Origin: Akkermansia muciniphila
Lineage (GTDB): Bacteria; Verrucomicrobiota; Verrucomicrobiia; Opitutales; Opitutaceae
Assembly: GCA_945874545.1 (NCBI GenBank)
Contig: CAMCHD010000001.1
Coordinates: 1 to 44,107 of the forward strand
Direction of reading: 5' to 3'
DNA: 44,107 nucleotides
The notes beneath the pieces are model-generated. The model made no database searches. It saw only the letters and a list, made by a program, of their open reading frames with translations, and was not told the origin of the DNA. The stretch's first letter is position 1. The number at the start of each line of letters is the position of its first letter. A program made the translations under genes and the position numbers. Below are positions 10,301 through 19,411 of this stretch, piece after piece.

Positions 10301-11102
10301 GCGACAAGGTGACGGCGGAGCCGGTGCCGTTTTCGAACAGGAAGCCAAACTGGTCAAAAGTTTGCGCGCCGTTCAGCGAGGTCGAGGCGTCGGAATACAC
10401 GGTGCGCTGGAGCGCGACGCCTCCGGTGGCGCGGTCGGTCATCACCACCCCGGGGGCGTTGGTGGCGGTGGCGGGCAGGCTGGTGGTGTTGCCGAGCTGC
10501 CAGGTGCCGGAGGAATTCAGCACCAAGGTGAGGGCGACATCGAGCAACTGTCCGTCCACCATGACGCCACCGGTGCCGCCGCGGGCGGTGCCGAGTCCGT
10601 AGCTGGTCGTATTGGTGCCGAGCAGGTTGGCCGGGCAGGCGGGGGTGGCGGCCTTGACCCCGAAGGGGCGGGAGTTGAACGAGGCGTTCGACTGCTGGTA
10701 GACCGCGAACCACAGCCCGGTGTCGTCGGTGAAATTGCCGTTCGCCCCGGGAGGGGTGCCCTTGGTGGAGAAGAGGCCGAATCCGGTGAATTTGTTCTGC
10801 ACCGAGCCGCCGGTGCCGTAGCCGCCGGAGGCCCGCATCGAGAAGGTCACCGGAAGAAGCGTGCGGCCCGAGGCGGGTGGCGCGGCGGTGAGCGGCACGA
10901 AATCGGTGGTGACGAAGGTCCGGCTGGAGTTGGCCGGCAGGGTGAGATGATAGGTGCCGGTGGCCGGATCGAAGGTCGCGGCGTCGGCGGAAACGCGGAC
11001 ACCGGAGGAGTCGTAGCTGGCCCAGGTCATCTGGGCGCGGAGGCCGGACAGGGACACGAGGGCGGCGCATAGCGCGCCGCGGAGCAGGCGGGACGGTTTC
11101 AT
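7398..11102 (-). CDS. Secreted multidomain pectin methylesterase (CE8) with Ig-like repeats and a C-terminal F-x-R-L domain
   Basis: Signal peptide from MKPSRLL (ATG 11102); four Ig-type repeats (P.I..QP...YQW...GA......Y..VV.N.AGS); an SbsA/Big-like domain; CE8 motifs VAADGSGDFTTVQGA, GVYTE, QAEA, QDT, GDVDFMWG. Confidence 0.85.
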   Translation of the reverse strand: MKPSRLLRGALCAALVSLSGLRAQMTWASYDSSGVRVSADAATFDPATGTYHLTLPANSSRTFVTTDFVPLTAAPPASGRTLLPVTFSMRASGGYGTGGSVQNKFTGFGLFSTKGTPPGANGNFTDDTGLWFAVYQQSNASFNSRPFGVKAATPACPANLLGTNTTSYGLGTARGGTGGVMVDGQLLDVALTLVLNSSGTWQLGNTTSLPATATNAPGVVMTDRATGGVALQRTVYSDASTSLNGAQTFDQFGFLFENGTGSAVTLSLADFSLVGPPYLVTQPAASSSATLGGSLTLVAAAGGNPASYQWQYSADGGAAYADIPGATSASHAIATVAGSDAGFYRLVVTNAAGSAASTPAQVSVTSETVAPSIQTPPAGATLLVGATHTFSVVASGTAPLAYRWQVSTNGGADYTDIPGANGPSHTIAPVALTDDAVYRVVVSNTAGSLPSSPATLVVQAAPVITVPPVGALLPDGSAYSLSVGATGTPAPSYQWRLNDVDIPGATSANLPLTLSAAASGAYTVTVTNAAGSATGPRVYVGIPTPDTPVLFPADDSAGSNPDTPLSLTFSAPPAAGTAGQIRVYRGDTHALVETVDLGALTVKKSSDSRLVPQRTYRVASRTVGGLAFNYFPIVVTGNTARIYLQARLAYGVSYYVQIDAGAIVDADGASLAPMTGSGAWNFTTKAAPPAADTATLTVAADGSGDFTTVQGALDFIPHSPANTIPRVITVRDGVYTELVHVRSGQNAVTIQGESRAGTEIAYLNNGDIFPGTTLYHRGVFLTQAADFRLQNLTIRNLTPRFGSQAEAFITHNAVQRCTVSRVNLVSLQDTVLAAGQVFFTDSTIEGDVDFMWGDGGCYFQNCEIRAMNPGFLTQIRNARNKPGNVYVNCRLTAGPGLADASVTLARIDPNGYPFSQCVYIDCAMGAHIKPAGWQLDGGSTTAADVRFWEYGSTDLAGAPLEIASRPTYNHVATGVGSSVVLDNQQIDGATAAFLRVPANVAGFTPAVAPVVDVSPVGGALQTGDNLTLTVAGTLGYPAATYQWYLGSTPLAGANSASYTIVGASAAAAGDYTVVLTNSAGTATGAAATVSVAAPPGPYTTFILAAGLDPATTGAPDANPSGDGIANLLKFLLGGDPSIAQPDLLPGAATETAGADRVLVFRYERVVAAAASLASLTVEFSPDLASWTTTADGIDGVTVVITPGSDGREEVVTRIPLATPRGFVRLRATPPAGAP

Positions 11103-11278
11103 GGGGTAGGGGGGACCAAAAGCCGGGGCGGGGGACGAACGCCGGGTTTTCGGCGCGCCGCGGCGATGCCGCCACTCCCGCCGTGCTCGCATCGTTGCGC
11201 TATGTCTTTCGTCGGGATTTTTGTGGCCTAGGCCCGGACGGACGGCCTCACTGCGTTTTTCACCCCTTTCCTCCTACC

Positions 11279-12340
11279 ATGGCCCACAAAGTCAAAGCCG
11301 CCAAACGGCAGACCCTGCTCACCGAAAACATCAACGCCAAGCTCGCGGCCAAAAAGGGTCCGATCTCGCAGTTTCTCGCCCACCACTACCGGCATTTCAA
11401 CGCCGCCGCCCTGATCGACTCGGCCAAGGGCTACGAGACCCACCTGAAGGCCGGCGGCAAGATGCTCGTCACCCTGGCCGGCGCCATGTCCACCGCCGAG
11501 CTCGGCCTCTCCCTCGCCGAGATGATCCGCCAGGACAAGGTCCACGCCATCGTCTGCACCGGCGCCAACCTCGAGGAGGACATCTTCAACCTCGTCGCCC
11601 ACGATTACTACGAGCGCGTCGCGCACTACCGCGACCTCACCGCCGCCGACGAGCAGGCCCTGCTTGACCGCCACATGAACCGCGTCACCGACACCTGCAT
11701 CCCCGAGGGCGAGGCCATGCGCCGCATCGAGGCGGTGGTGGCCGAGGAGTGGATCGCGGCGGACAAGGCCGGCACCCCGTTTTTCCCGCACGAGTTCATG
11801 TATAAGGTGCTTCGCACCGGAAAGCTGAAGGCGAGCTACATGATCGATCCGAAGAACTCCTGGATGCTCGCCGCGTGCGAGAAGAACCTCCCCATCGTCG
11901 TTCCGGGCTGGGAGGACTCCACCCTGGGCAACATGTATGCCGGGCGGGTCATCACCGGTGAGATCAAGAACGTGCACACCGTGCGCAGCGGCATCGAATA
12001 CATGACCTGGCTGGCCGACTGGTATACCAAGACGGCCAAGACGCTCAAAAACGGCGAGGGCTCGATCGGCTTTTTCCAGATCGGCGGCGGCATCGCGGGC
12101 GATTTCCCCATCTGCGTGGTGCCCATGCTGCACCAGGACCTCGACCGGCCCGAGGTGCCGCTCTGGGGCTACTTCTCGCAGATCAGCGACTCCACCACCA
12201 GCTACGGCAGCTACTCCGGCGCGGTGCCGAACGAGAAGATCACCTGGGGCAAGCTCGGTCAGAAGACCCCCAAGTTTATCGTCGAGAGCGACGCCACCAT
12301 CGTGGCGCCCTTGATTTTCGCCTGGGTGCTCGGCCAGTAG
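11279..12340 (+). CDS. Deoxyhypusine synthase-like protein (probable homospermidine-type polyamine enzyme)
   Basis: TLAGAMSTAELG, VCTGANLEED, EDSTLG, QIGGGIAGDF and SYSGAVPNEKITWGK with the active-site Lys of DHS. ATG at 11279. Confidence 0.88.
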   Translation: MAHKVKAAKRQTLLTENINAKLAAKKGPISQFLAHHYRHFNAAALIDSAKGYETHLKAGGKMLVTLAGAMSTAELGLSLAEMIRQDKVHAIVCTGANLEEDIFNLVAHDYYERVAHYRDLTAADEQALLDRHMNRVTDTCIPEGEAMRRIEAVVAEEWIAADKAGTPFFPHEFMYKVLRTGKLKASYMIDPKNSWMLAACEKNLPIVVPGWEDSTLGNMYAGRVITGEIKNVHTVRSGIEYMTWLADWYTKTAKTLKNGEGSIGFFQIGGGIAGDFPICVVPMLHQDLDRPEVPLWGYFSQISDSTTSYGSYSGAVPNEKITWGKLGQKTPKFIVESDATIVAPLIFAWVLGQ

Positions 12341-12466
12341 GTCCGGGTGGCGCGCGCGACGGACGCGTTACATTTGCGGGGGAAACGATTCCGGGTTGGA
12401 CCGGGCCGGTAAGCCTTGGTGGCGTGGGGCATTCCGACCTCGCGCACCGATCTCTCCTCCCCGGCC

Positions 12467-12910
12467 ATGAACCTGTCGCCCCGGATTCTCCCGCTGAGCA
12501 ACAAGCGCTCGGAACTGCGTCGTCTGGCGGCGTGGGTGGACGAGTTCGCGACCACGCTCGACCTGGGGGAGCCGATGCGCGGCGAACTGCAGGTCGCCCT
12601 CGAGGAGGTGGTGAGCAACGTCATCAAGCACGGCTACCGCGACGGCGGGGCGCACACCTTTACGGTCACGCTCTCGGCCGACGCGGACTTCGTCACGGCG
12701 GTGGTGACCGACGACGCGCCGGCCTTTGATCCGCTCGCCCGGGCCGAGGTCGACATCGCGCAACCCTTGGAAGACCGGCCGATCGGGGGACTCGGCATCC
12801 ACCTGGTCCGGCACCTGATGGATACGGTCGATTACGAGCGGCGGGGCGCGGAAAACGTGCTCACCCTGCGGCGCCGGCGCTCCGCCGGCGGCTCCGTCGC
12901 GGAAATGTAA
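12467..12910 (+). CDS. RsbW/SpoIIAB-like anti-sigma factor Ser kinase (HATPase_c)
   Basis: LEEVVSNVIKHGY N-box, DDAPAFDP, RPIGGLGIHLVR G-box. Confidence 0.9.
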   Translation: MNLSPRILPLSNKRSELRRLAAWVDEFATTLDLGEPMRGELQVALEEVVSNVIKHGYRDGGAHTFTVTLSADADFVTAVVTDDAPAFDPLARAEVDIAQPLEDRPIGGLGIHLVRHLMDTVDYERRGAENVLTLRRRRSAGGSVAEM

Positions 12911-12999
12911 CACTCCCGCGCGGCCCGGAAGTTGCGGGGAGCGGCGCCGGTCGCTGTTACTCCGAAACCTAAATCGCCACCGCCGCGGCCACTTTATCT

Positions 13000-13326
13000 A
13001 TGGAAATCACTCAATCGCAAAAGGGGGCCTGGGCCGTCCTGGCCTTGGCGGGCAATCTCGACACGACCGGCTCCGAGCAACTCGAAGCGGTGCTGCTGCC
13101 GCTGGCCAACGGTTCGCCGGTGGCGCTGGATTTCTCCGGCGTGGGCTACGTCACCAGCGCGGGTTTTCGCACCCTCATGATCGCGCTCAAGCAACAGACC
13201 GCCAGCCAGGGCACGCTGGTGCTCGGCGGGATGAGCGCCCCGGTGCGGCGGTTTTTCGACATCGCCGGGCTCAGTCGGGTATTCAAGATCGTCGACGACC
13301 TCGCCACGGTCGTCGACGCGGTGTAG
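13000..13326 (+). CDS. STAS-domain anti-sigma factor antagonist (RsbV/SpoIIAA-like)
   Basis: LAGNLD, LDFSGVGYVTSAGFR with the phospho-acceptor Ser, VRRFFDIAGL. Confidence 0.9.
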   Translation: MEITQSQKGAWAVLALAGNLDTTGSEQLEAVLLPLANGSPVALDFSGVGYVTSAGFRTLMIALKQQTASQGTLVLGGMSAPVRRFFDIAGLSRVFKIVDDLATVVDAV

Positions 13327-13361
13327 GTGGGCGGGACGGCGCGGCCGGGCTCGGCCGGGCG

Positions 13362-14735
13362 TCAGGCGGGTGCGCGCGGCGCGCCGAGCACGGCAAGCGT
13401 GAGATCGTCCGCCTGGGGGGCGCCGGCGGCGAAGGCGGCGACATCGGCCGCGACGAGGTCGACGCAGGCGCGGGCGTCGGCGGGCCGGCGCTTTTTTAAA
13501 AGCTCCTGCAGCCGGGCCTCACCGTAAAGCGCCTCGGTGGGATCGAGGGCCTCGGTGACGCCGTCGGTGTAGAGCACCAGGAGCTCGCCGCGGCGCAGGG
13601 TGAGGCGCCGGGTTTCGTATTCCACGCCTTCGAACACCCCGGCGGGCGGGCCGCGACCGTCCTCCAGCCAGGCGGCTTCGCCGTCGGCGGTGAGCAGCAA
13701 CGGGGCGGGATGGCCGCAGTTGGTCCAGCTCAGTTCCCCGGTGGCGGTGTCGAGCACGCCGGCCAGCAGGGAAACGAACTGCTGGGTGGCGTTGCGGTGG
13801 CAGAGGAGATTGTTGACCCGGTGCAGCAGGCTGGGGAACGGCTGGTCGGCGGGGGCGAGGGCGCGCAGGCACATCGCCGTCACGGCCATGAAGAGCGCGG
13901 CCGGCACGCCCTTGCCGGACACGTCGCCGACGGCGAAAAAGAACCGGGTCTCGTCGAGAAAAAAACCGTCGTAGAGGTCGCCGCCGGCCTCGCGGGCGGG
14001 ACGGCAGAGGGCGGCGAAATCCACCCTGGTGGCGGCGGCGGGGGGCAGGGGGGCGGGCAGGAAACTGCTCTGGATGCGGCCGGCGATGCGCAGCTCGCTC
14101 GCGATCTGTTCGCGGGCGGTCGTTGCGCGCCGCAGCTCCTCGATGTGGCTGTGCAGCTGGCGCTCGAGGTGGCGGATGGCGGTCGCGATCTCCCCGACCT
14201 CGTCCTTCCGCTCCGCCGCCGCGGTGATGCGCGGATCCTGGTCGGCGCGCAGGATAAAACGGCTCTCGCCGAGGTCGCGGATGGCGTGGGCGAGGCGCGC
14301 CAGCGGATCCTTCAGGTGGGTGTTGCTGTGGGTGATCCGGCCGGCGAGCAGGCCGACCACGTGGCGGTGCATGGCCAGGGCGAGGGCGGGCGCGGCGAGT
14401 TCCAGCCGGGCCAGTTCGGAAGCGGTGAGGCGCCAGAGCTGGGCGGCGCTCGCGGCCTCGACCGAGGCACCGCGTTGTTCGCGGCGGTAAAGCGCCATCT
14501 CGCCCAGGCACTGGCCGGGGCCCAGGGTGCGCAACTGCACGCGGTCCTGGCCGGGCAGCTCCAGCCACACGGCGAGTTCGCCGGACTCGATAAAATACAG
14601 GCTGTCGGCCGGGTCGCCCTGGCGAAAAAGGACCTCGCCGGCGGCGAGCGCGACGGGTTCCAGATGCTCGGTCCACACCAGGCGCTGGGCGGTTTCGGGG
14701 GCGAAAGGGGAGAGCGATTCCGTGGATTTGTTCAC
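13362..14735 (-). CDS. cNMP-binding domain fused to a SpoIIE/RsbU-type PP2C phosphatase
   Basis: N-terminal LFRQGDPADSLYFIESG...GEMAL....RGA; HAMP-like linker (RKDEVGEIA); PP2C motifs GGDLYD, GDVSGKG, NCGH, YTDGVTE, DDLT. Confidence 0.9.
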   Translation of the reverse strand: MNKSTESLSPFAPETAQRLVWTEHLEPVALAAGEVLFRQGDPADSLYFIESGELAVWLELPGQDRVQLRTLGPGQCLGEMALYRREQRGASVEAASAAQLWRLTASELARLELAAPALALAMHRHVVGLLAGRITHSNTHLKDPLARLAHAIRDLGESRFILRADQDPRITAAAERKDEVGEIATAIRHLERQLHSHIEELRRATTAREQIASELRIAGRIQSSFLPAPLPPAAATRVDFAALCRPAREAGGDLYDGFFLDETRFFFAVGDVSGKGVPAALFMAVTAMCLRALAPADQPFPSLLHRVNNLLCHRNATQQFVSLLAGVLDTATGELSWTNCGHPAPLLLTADGEAAWLEDGRGPPAGVFEGVEYETRRLTLRRGELLVLYTDGVTEALDPTEALYGEARLQELLKKRRPADARACVDLVAADVAAFAAGAPQADDLTLAVLGAPRAPA

Positions 14736-14814
14736 GTGGGGCCGGCGAAAGGGGTTGGGCGGAGGGCCGCGGGCGGAAGGGGACGGGGGTGAAGGGAGGT
14801 GGCGCGCGGCGGGT

Positions 14815-17043
14815 TCACAGCATCTGGCGGAGTTCCTCGTTGGCGGTGCGCAGGCGGGCGGCGAGCGTATTGATCACAAAGCGATGGAGCTGGGCGGCGA
14901 GATCGGGTCGGGCTTGTTCCAGCGTCTTCAGCCGGTCGAGCTCGAGGCGGGCCACGCGGGTGGCGATATCCGCGACCACATCGGCGCTGCGGGGGGCGTC
15001 GCCGTAAAAACCCATCTCGCCGACGATCGTGCCCGGACCGTAGCTGCGCAGGCGTTTGCTGTAGTCGGAGCCGGGCAGCTGCAGGTGCACGCTCACCTGG
15101 CCGCGGAGCAGCAGGTAGAGGGCGTTGGACAACTCGCCGCGTTTAAAAAGGGCGCGTCCGGCGGGCAGTTCGAGCACCTCGAAATGGCTCGCGAGGGCGG
15201 CGGCGTCGGCCGGGTCGGGCAGGCCGAGCGCCTCGGTGAGGGCGATTTCGGGGCGGGCGCCGGTGAGCAGCTGGGACTCGGCCCACTCCAGGCCGCGGTC
15301 CAGGTCGGCAAAGAGCCGCGCGGGGGTTTTTTCCAGGGCCAGTCCGCAGGCGGTGAAGCGGGCGCGAAGGTTGTCGTCGAGGCCGCTGAAGACCAGCTGG
15401 GTGTTTTGTTCCCCGGCGAGGCGGAGGAGTTTGCGCAACACCACCACGGACGAGGCGTCGATCCCGCGCACCAGCCAGAAATCGATCAGCAGCGCCTCGC
15501 CCTTGCCGAGCACGGCGCGGATCTCCTCCAGCAGGCTGCTGGCGGTGCCGAAAAAGATGTGCCCTTGGAGGACAAAGCCGTGCAGACGCCCGCCGTGCTC
15601 GGCCAACCAGGCGAGTTCGGCGGGGGTGCGGTCCACGTTGGACCGGCGGGTGGCGGCGGTGAAGCGTTGTTTCACCACCGATTGCAGGCTGAAGGTCACC
15701 ACAAAACTCAGGCTGGCGATGATCACGCCCATGATGACCCCGGGCACGATGCCGAAGGCGGCGACGATCACGAGAATGGCCACCACCGTGAGGTAGTCCG
15801 AGACGGGCAGTTCGCGACGGGCGTCCCACAGCCAGTTCAGCAGCAGCGAGACACCGAGGTAGAGCACCAGGCCGGTCAGGACGGGGCGGGGCAGAAGGGC
15901 GACGGTGCCGGGCGCGAACACCGCCGCGCCCAGCACGAGGGCGGCGCAGAAACGCGCGGCCCAAGGCGAGTTCGCGCCGGCGCGATGGTTGAGCAGGGAG
16001 CGGTTGAAGGAGTTGACCGACACCAGGCCGCCGGCGAGGCCGCCGAGCACGTTGGCCACGCCGAGGGCCTTCAGTTCGCGGTCGAAGTCGGCCTCCTTGC
16101 CGGTGGCGAGGTCGAGGCTGGTGGCGTTGAGCAGGATGGTGACCAGGGCGACCAGGGTCATGGCCGCGAAATCCTTGCCGTGGGTCAGCAGCAGGTCCCA
16201 GCGAACCTCGCCGAGCGGTTGATTAAACGGGGTTTGCCAGTCGCCGGCGTTGAGCGGGGGCAGGAGCAGGCCGGCCGCGCGGGCCTCCTCGAGCGACCAG
16301 CCGGTGGCGAGCAGCACGATGTGAAAGCCGAGCACGCCGGCGGCGAGCACGGCGGGGATGATGAGAAAGTGTTTCGAGGCGCGGGTCGTGATCAGCAGCG
16401 CGAGGCCGATCCCGAGGGCGAAGATCCAGCCGAGCGCGGGCACGGCCTCGAAATCGGAGGGCAAAGTGTTGTAGAAATTTTTCCCCACCAACATCTTCCA
16501 TGCACCGGAGAGCAGCAGGTAACCGGTGCCGGCGAGAAAGCCTCCGACCACGGGGTGGGGGATGTAGCGCACGTAGCGGCCCCAGTGGAGCCTGCCGAAA
16601 AGGAAAAGCAGCAGGCCGCAGAGCAGGGCCGAGCCGAACAAAAAGACAAAAATCGTCGGCAGGAGCGGGGCCTGGTCGGCGGCGGGATCGTGCAGGATCT
16701 CGGCGGTGATGGCGGCGGCGGAGATCGCGAGGATCGCGGAGGGATTCGAGTCGGGCCCGCCGAGGGCGAAGCGGAAAGAGCTGAGGAACGACAGGCTGAG
16801 GATGGCCACGCAGCTGCCGATCACCGCGGTCCAGACGCCGAGGTTGACCGAGGGGGCGAGGGCGCCGCCAAAAATCAGGGTCGCGAAGGAGCTCGCGTAG
16901 GCGAGGGTCACCAAGGCGCACAACGCGCCGGCGACGAGGTTAGGGCCAAAGGCGGTCTTGCCGGATACGGGCAGGGGCGAACGGGAGGAAAACGGCGGGG
17001 CGGTGGTGGACGGAACGGCGGCGGGAGTGGGTTCCTGAGACAC
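14815..17043 (-). CDS. SulP/SLC26 anion transporter with STAS and C-terminal cNMP-binding domain
   Basis: Many TM helices, GRYVRYIPHPVVGGFLAGTG, DRELKALGVAN, STAS motifs LQGHIFFGTA and IDASS, cNMP motif VGEMGFY...PRSA. Confidence 0.9.
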   Translation of the reverse strand: MSQEPTPAAVPSTTAPPFSSRSPLPVSGKTAFGPNLVAGALCALVTLAYASSFATLIFGGALAPSVNLGVWTAVIGSCVAILSLSFLSSFRFALGGPDSNPSAILAISAAAITAEILHDPAADQAPLLPTIFVFLFGSALLCGLLLFLFGRLHWGRYVRYIPHPVVGGFLAGTGYLLLSGAWKMLVGKNFYNTLPSDFEAVPALGWIFALGIGLALLITTRASKHFLIIPAVLAAGVLGFHIVLLATGWSLEEARAAGLLLPPLNAGDWQTPFNQPLGEVRWDLLLTHGKDFAAMTLVALVTILLNATSLDLATGKEADFDRELKALGVANVLGGLAGGLVSVNSFNRSLLNHRAGANSPWAARFCAALVLGAAVFAPGTVALLPRPVLTGLVLYLGVSLLLNWLWDARRELPVSDYLTVVAILVIVAAFGIVPGVIMGVIIASLSFVVTFSLQSVVKQRFTAATRRSNVDRTPAELAWLAEHGGRLHGFVLQGHIFFGTASSLLEEIRAVLGKGEALLIDFWLVRGIDASSVVVLRKLLRLAGEQNTQLVFSGLDDNLRARFTACGLALEKTPARLFADLDRGLEWAESQLLTGARPEIALTEALGLPDPADAAALASHFEVLELPAGRALFKRGELSNALYLLLRGQVSVHLQLPGSDYSKRLRSYGPGTIVGEMGFYGDAPRSADVVADIATRVARLELDRLKTLEQARPDLAAQLHRFVINTLAARLRTANEELRQML

Positions 17044-17177
17044 GGTGGGCGAGGGCTGAATGCCGTATACGTTTGGTTGCGGAGTTTGCCCAGCGCCAGC
17101 GGAATGGGTGCGGTCGCGGCAAATTAACGCGACTCGCTTTTTGCGAGCGATTGGCGTCGGTTGCCTGGCGTTTTTGC

Positions 17178-17516
17178 ATGAAGCCGTCGCCCTCCGCCGT
17201 TGATCCCGTCGTTCCGGTCACCCCCCCGGCCGATTCGCCGGCCGAGCAGGAGCTCGCCTGGGTGGGCGATGCGGTCCTGGCGCTTTGGGCGCGCGAGCGG
17301 GTGTTGCGCGAAGCCGGGGGGATCGACACCCGCGCCTTCCTGCACCTCACCGCAAACGAATACCTCGCGGGGGTGGCGCGCCCGACCCGGGTGGAGGCGG
17401 AGATCGGGGTGGTCTATCGCCGCGAGGGGCTGGCGGCCGCCTTTGCCTACATCGAGGCGCGGCTGCTCCCGGTTTTTAGCCGGCAGGAGGCGAACCGCCG
17501 GCGGCAACGGCGTTGA
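17178..17516 (+). CDS. Minimal RNase III-domain protein (Mini-III-like)
   Basis: ELAWVGDAVL signature and PTRVEAEIG second acidic motif; no dsRBD; 112 aa from ATG 17178. Confidence 0.6.
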   Translation: MKPSPSAVDPVVPVTPPADSPAEQELAWVGDAVLALWARERVLREAGGIDTRAFLHLTANEYLAGVARPTRVEAEIGVVYRREGLAAAFAYIEARLLPVFSRQEANRRRQRR

Positions 17517-17543
17517 GCCCGGGTGCGGAAGACCTTTTTGCGC

Positions 17544-17906
17544 ATGAAAACCATCGCCCTGCTCTTCGTGTCCAACCTGTTCATGACCCTAGCCTGGTAT
17601 GGGCACCTCAAGTGGAAATTCCTGGAGGGGCGCTCGCTCGGCGTCGTCATCCTCGTGTCGTGGGGCATCGCGCTGTTCGAGTATTGCCTGATGGTCCCGG
17701 CCAACCGCATCGGCTACGCCCAAGGGTTTTCCGGTTATCAGCTCAAGGTTATCCAGGAGGCGATCACGCTCACCGTCTTTGTGGGCTTCGCGTGGCTGGT
17801 GTTAAAGGAAAGGCTGACCTGGAACTATGCCGTCAGTTTTATATTAATATTTCTGGCGGTATGGTTTGCGGTGGCGTTCAAGCCGGATGCGAACCGTGGG
17901 CATTGA
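17544..17906 (+). CDS. Small DMT-superfamily membrane protein (DUF486-like)
   Basis: SNLFMTLAWYGHLK, SWGIALFEYCLMVPANRIG, QLKVIQEAITL; four TM helices. Confidence 0.85.
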   Translation: MKTIALLFVSNLFMTLAWYGHLKWKFLEGRSLGVVILVSWGIALFEYCLMVPANRIGYAQGFSGYQLKVIQEAITLTVFVGFAWLVLKERLTWNYAVSFILIFLAVWFAVAFKPDANRGH

Positions 17907-17947
17907 GTCTCGCGGGTTTTTTCGGTTCCTTTGGCCGATTTTCTACT

Positions 17948-17967
17948 TGCTGTTCAATTGAACAGCA
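17948..17967. promoter_or_regulatory. LexA (SOS) box upstream of recA
   Basis: Perfect 20-bp palindrome TGCTGTTCAATTGAACAGCA containing TGTTC-N4-GAACA, the LexA motif known for Verrucomicrobia, about 112 nt before the recA ATG. Confidence 0.85.
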
Positions 17968-18079
17968 TCTTTCTCCAGCGTTCGTTTGCCAGCATTGAAA
18001 GCCCCGCTTTCCGTTGGCTCTTCGCTTGCAGCCGGGCGATCGCCCGGCCTCCTCACCCAAACCACCAAACGCATCCGTC

Positions 18080-19162
<1,083 letters not shown>

Positions 19163-19411
19163 GCGGGGCCTGCCGGGGCCTCGGTTCAACCCGGATACCG
19201 CGGTTATCCCAAAATCTCGGGCGTGAGCCTGAAGGCATGGGCGAGCATCGGCAGGCCGCCACCGAGGCGGGTGGCCCCACCTCCCCGGTGGGCTCGGCGT
19301 CGGGCGTTGGCGGCGCGATGAGTGGTAGGGCCCGCGGCAAGGTAACCCGGCCGGTGCTTGGGCGTCGTGAGACGAGTTGCACCTTTGGCCCCGGCTCCTC
19401 TTTTTTCCGTC

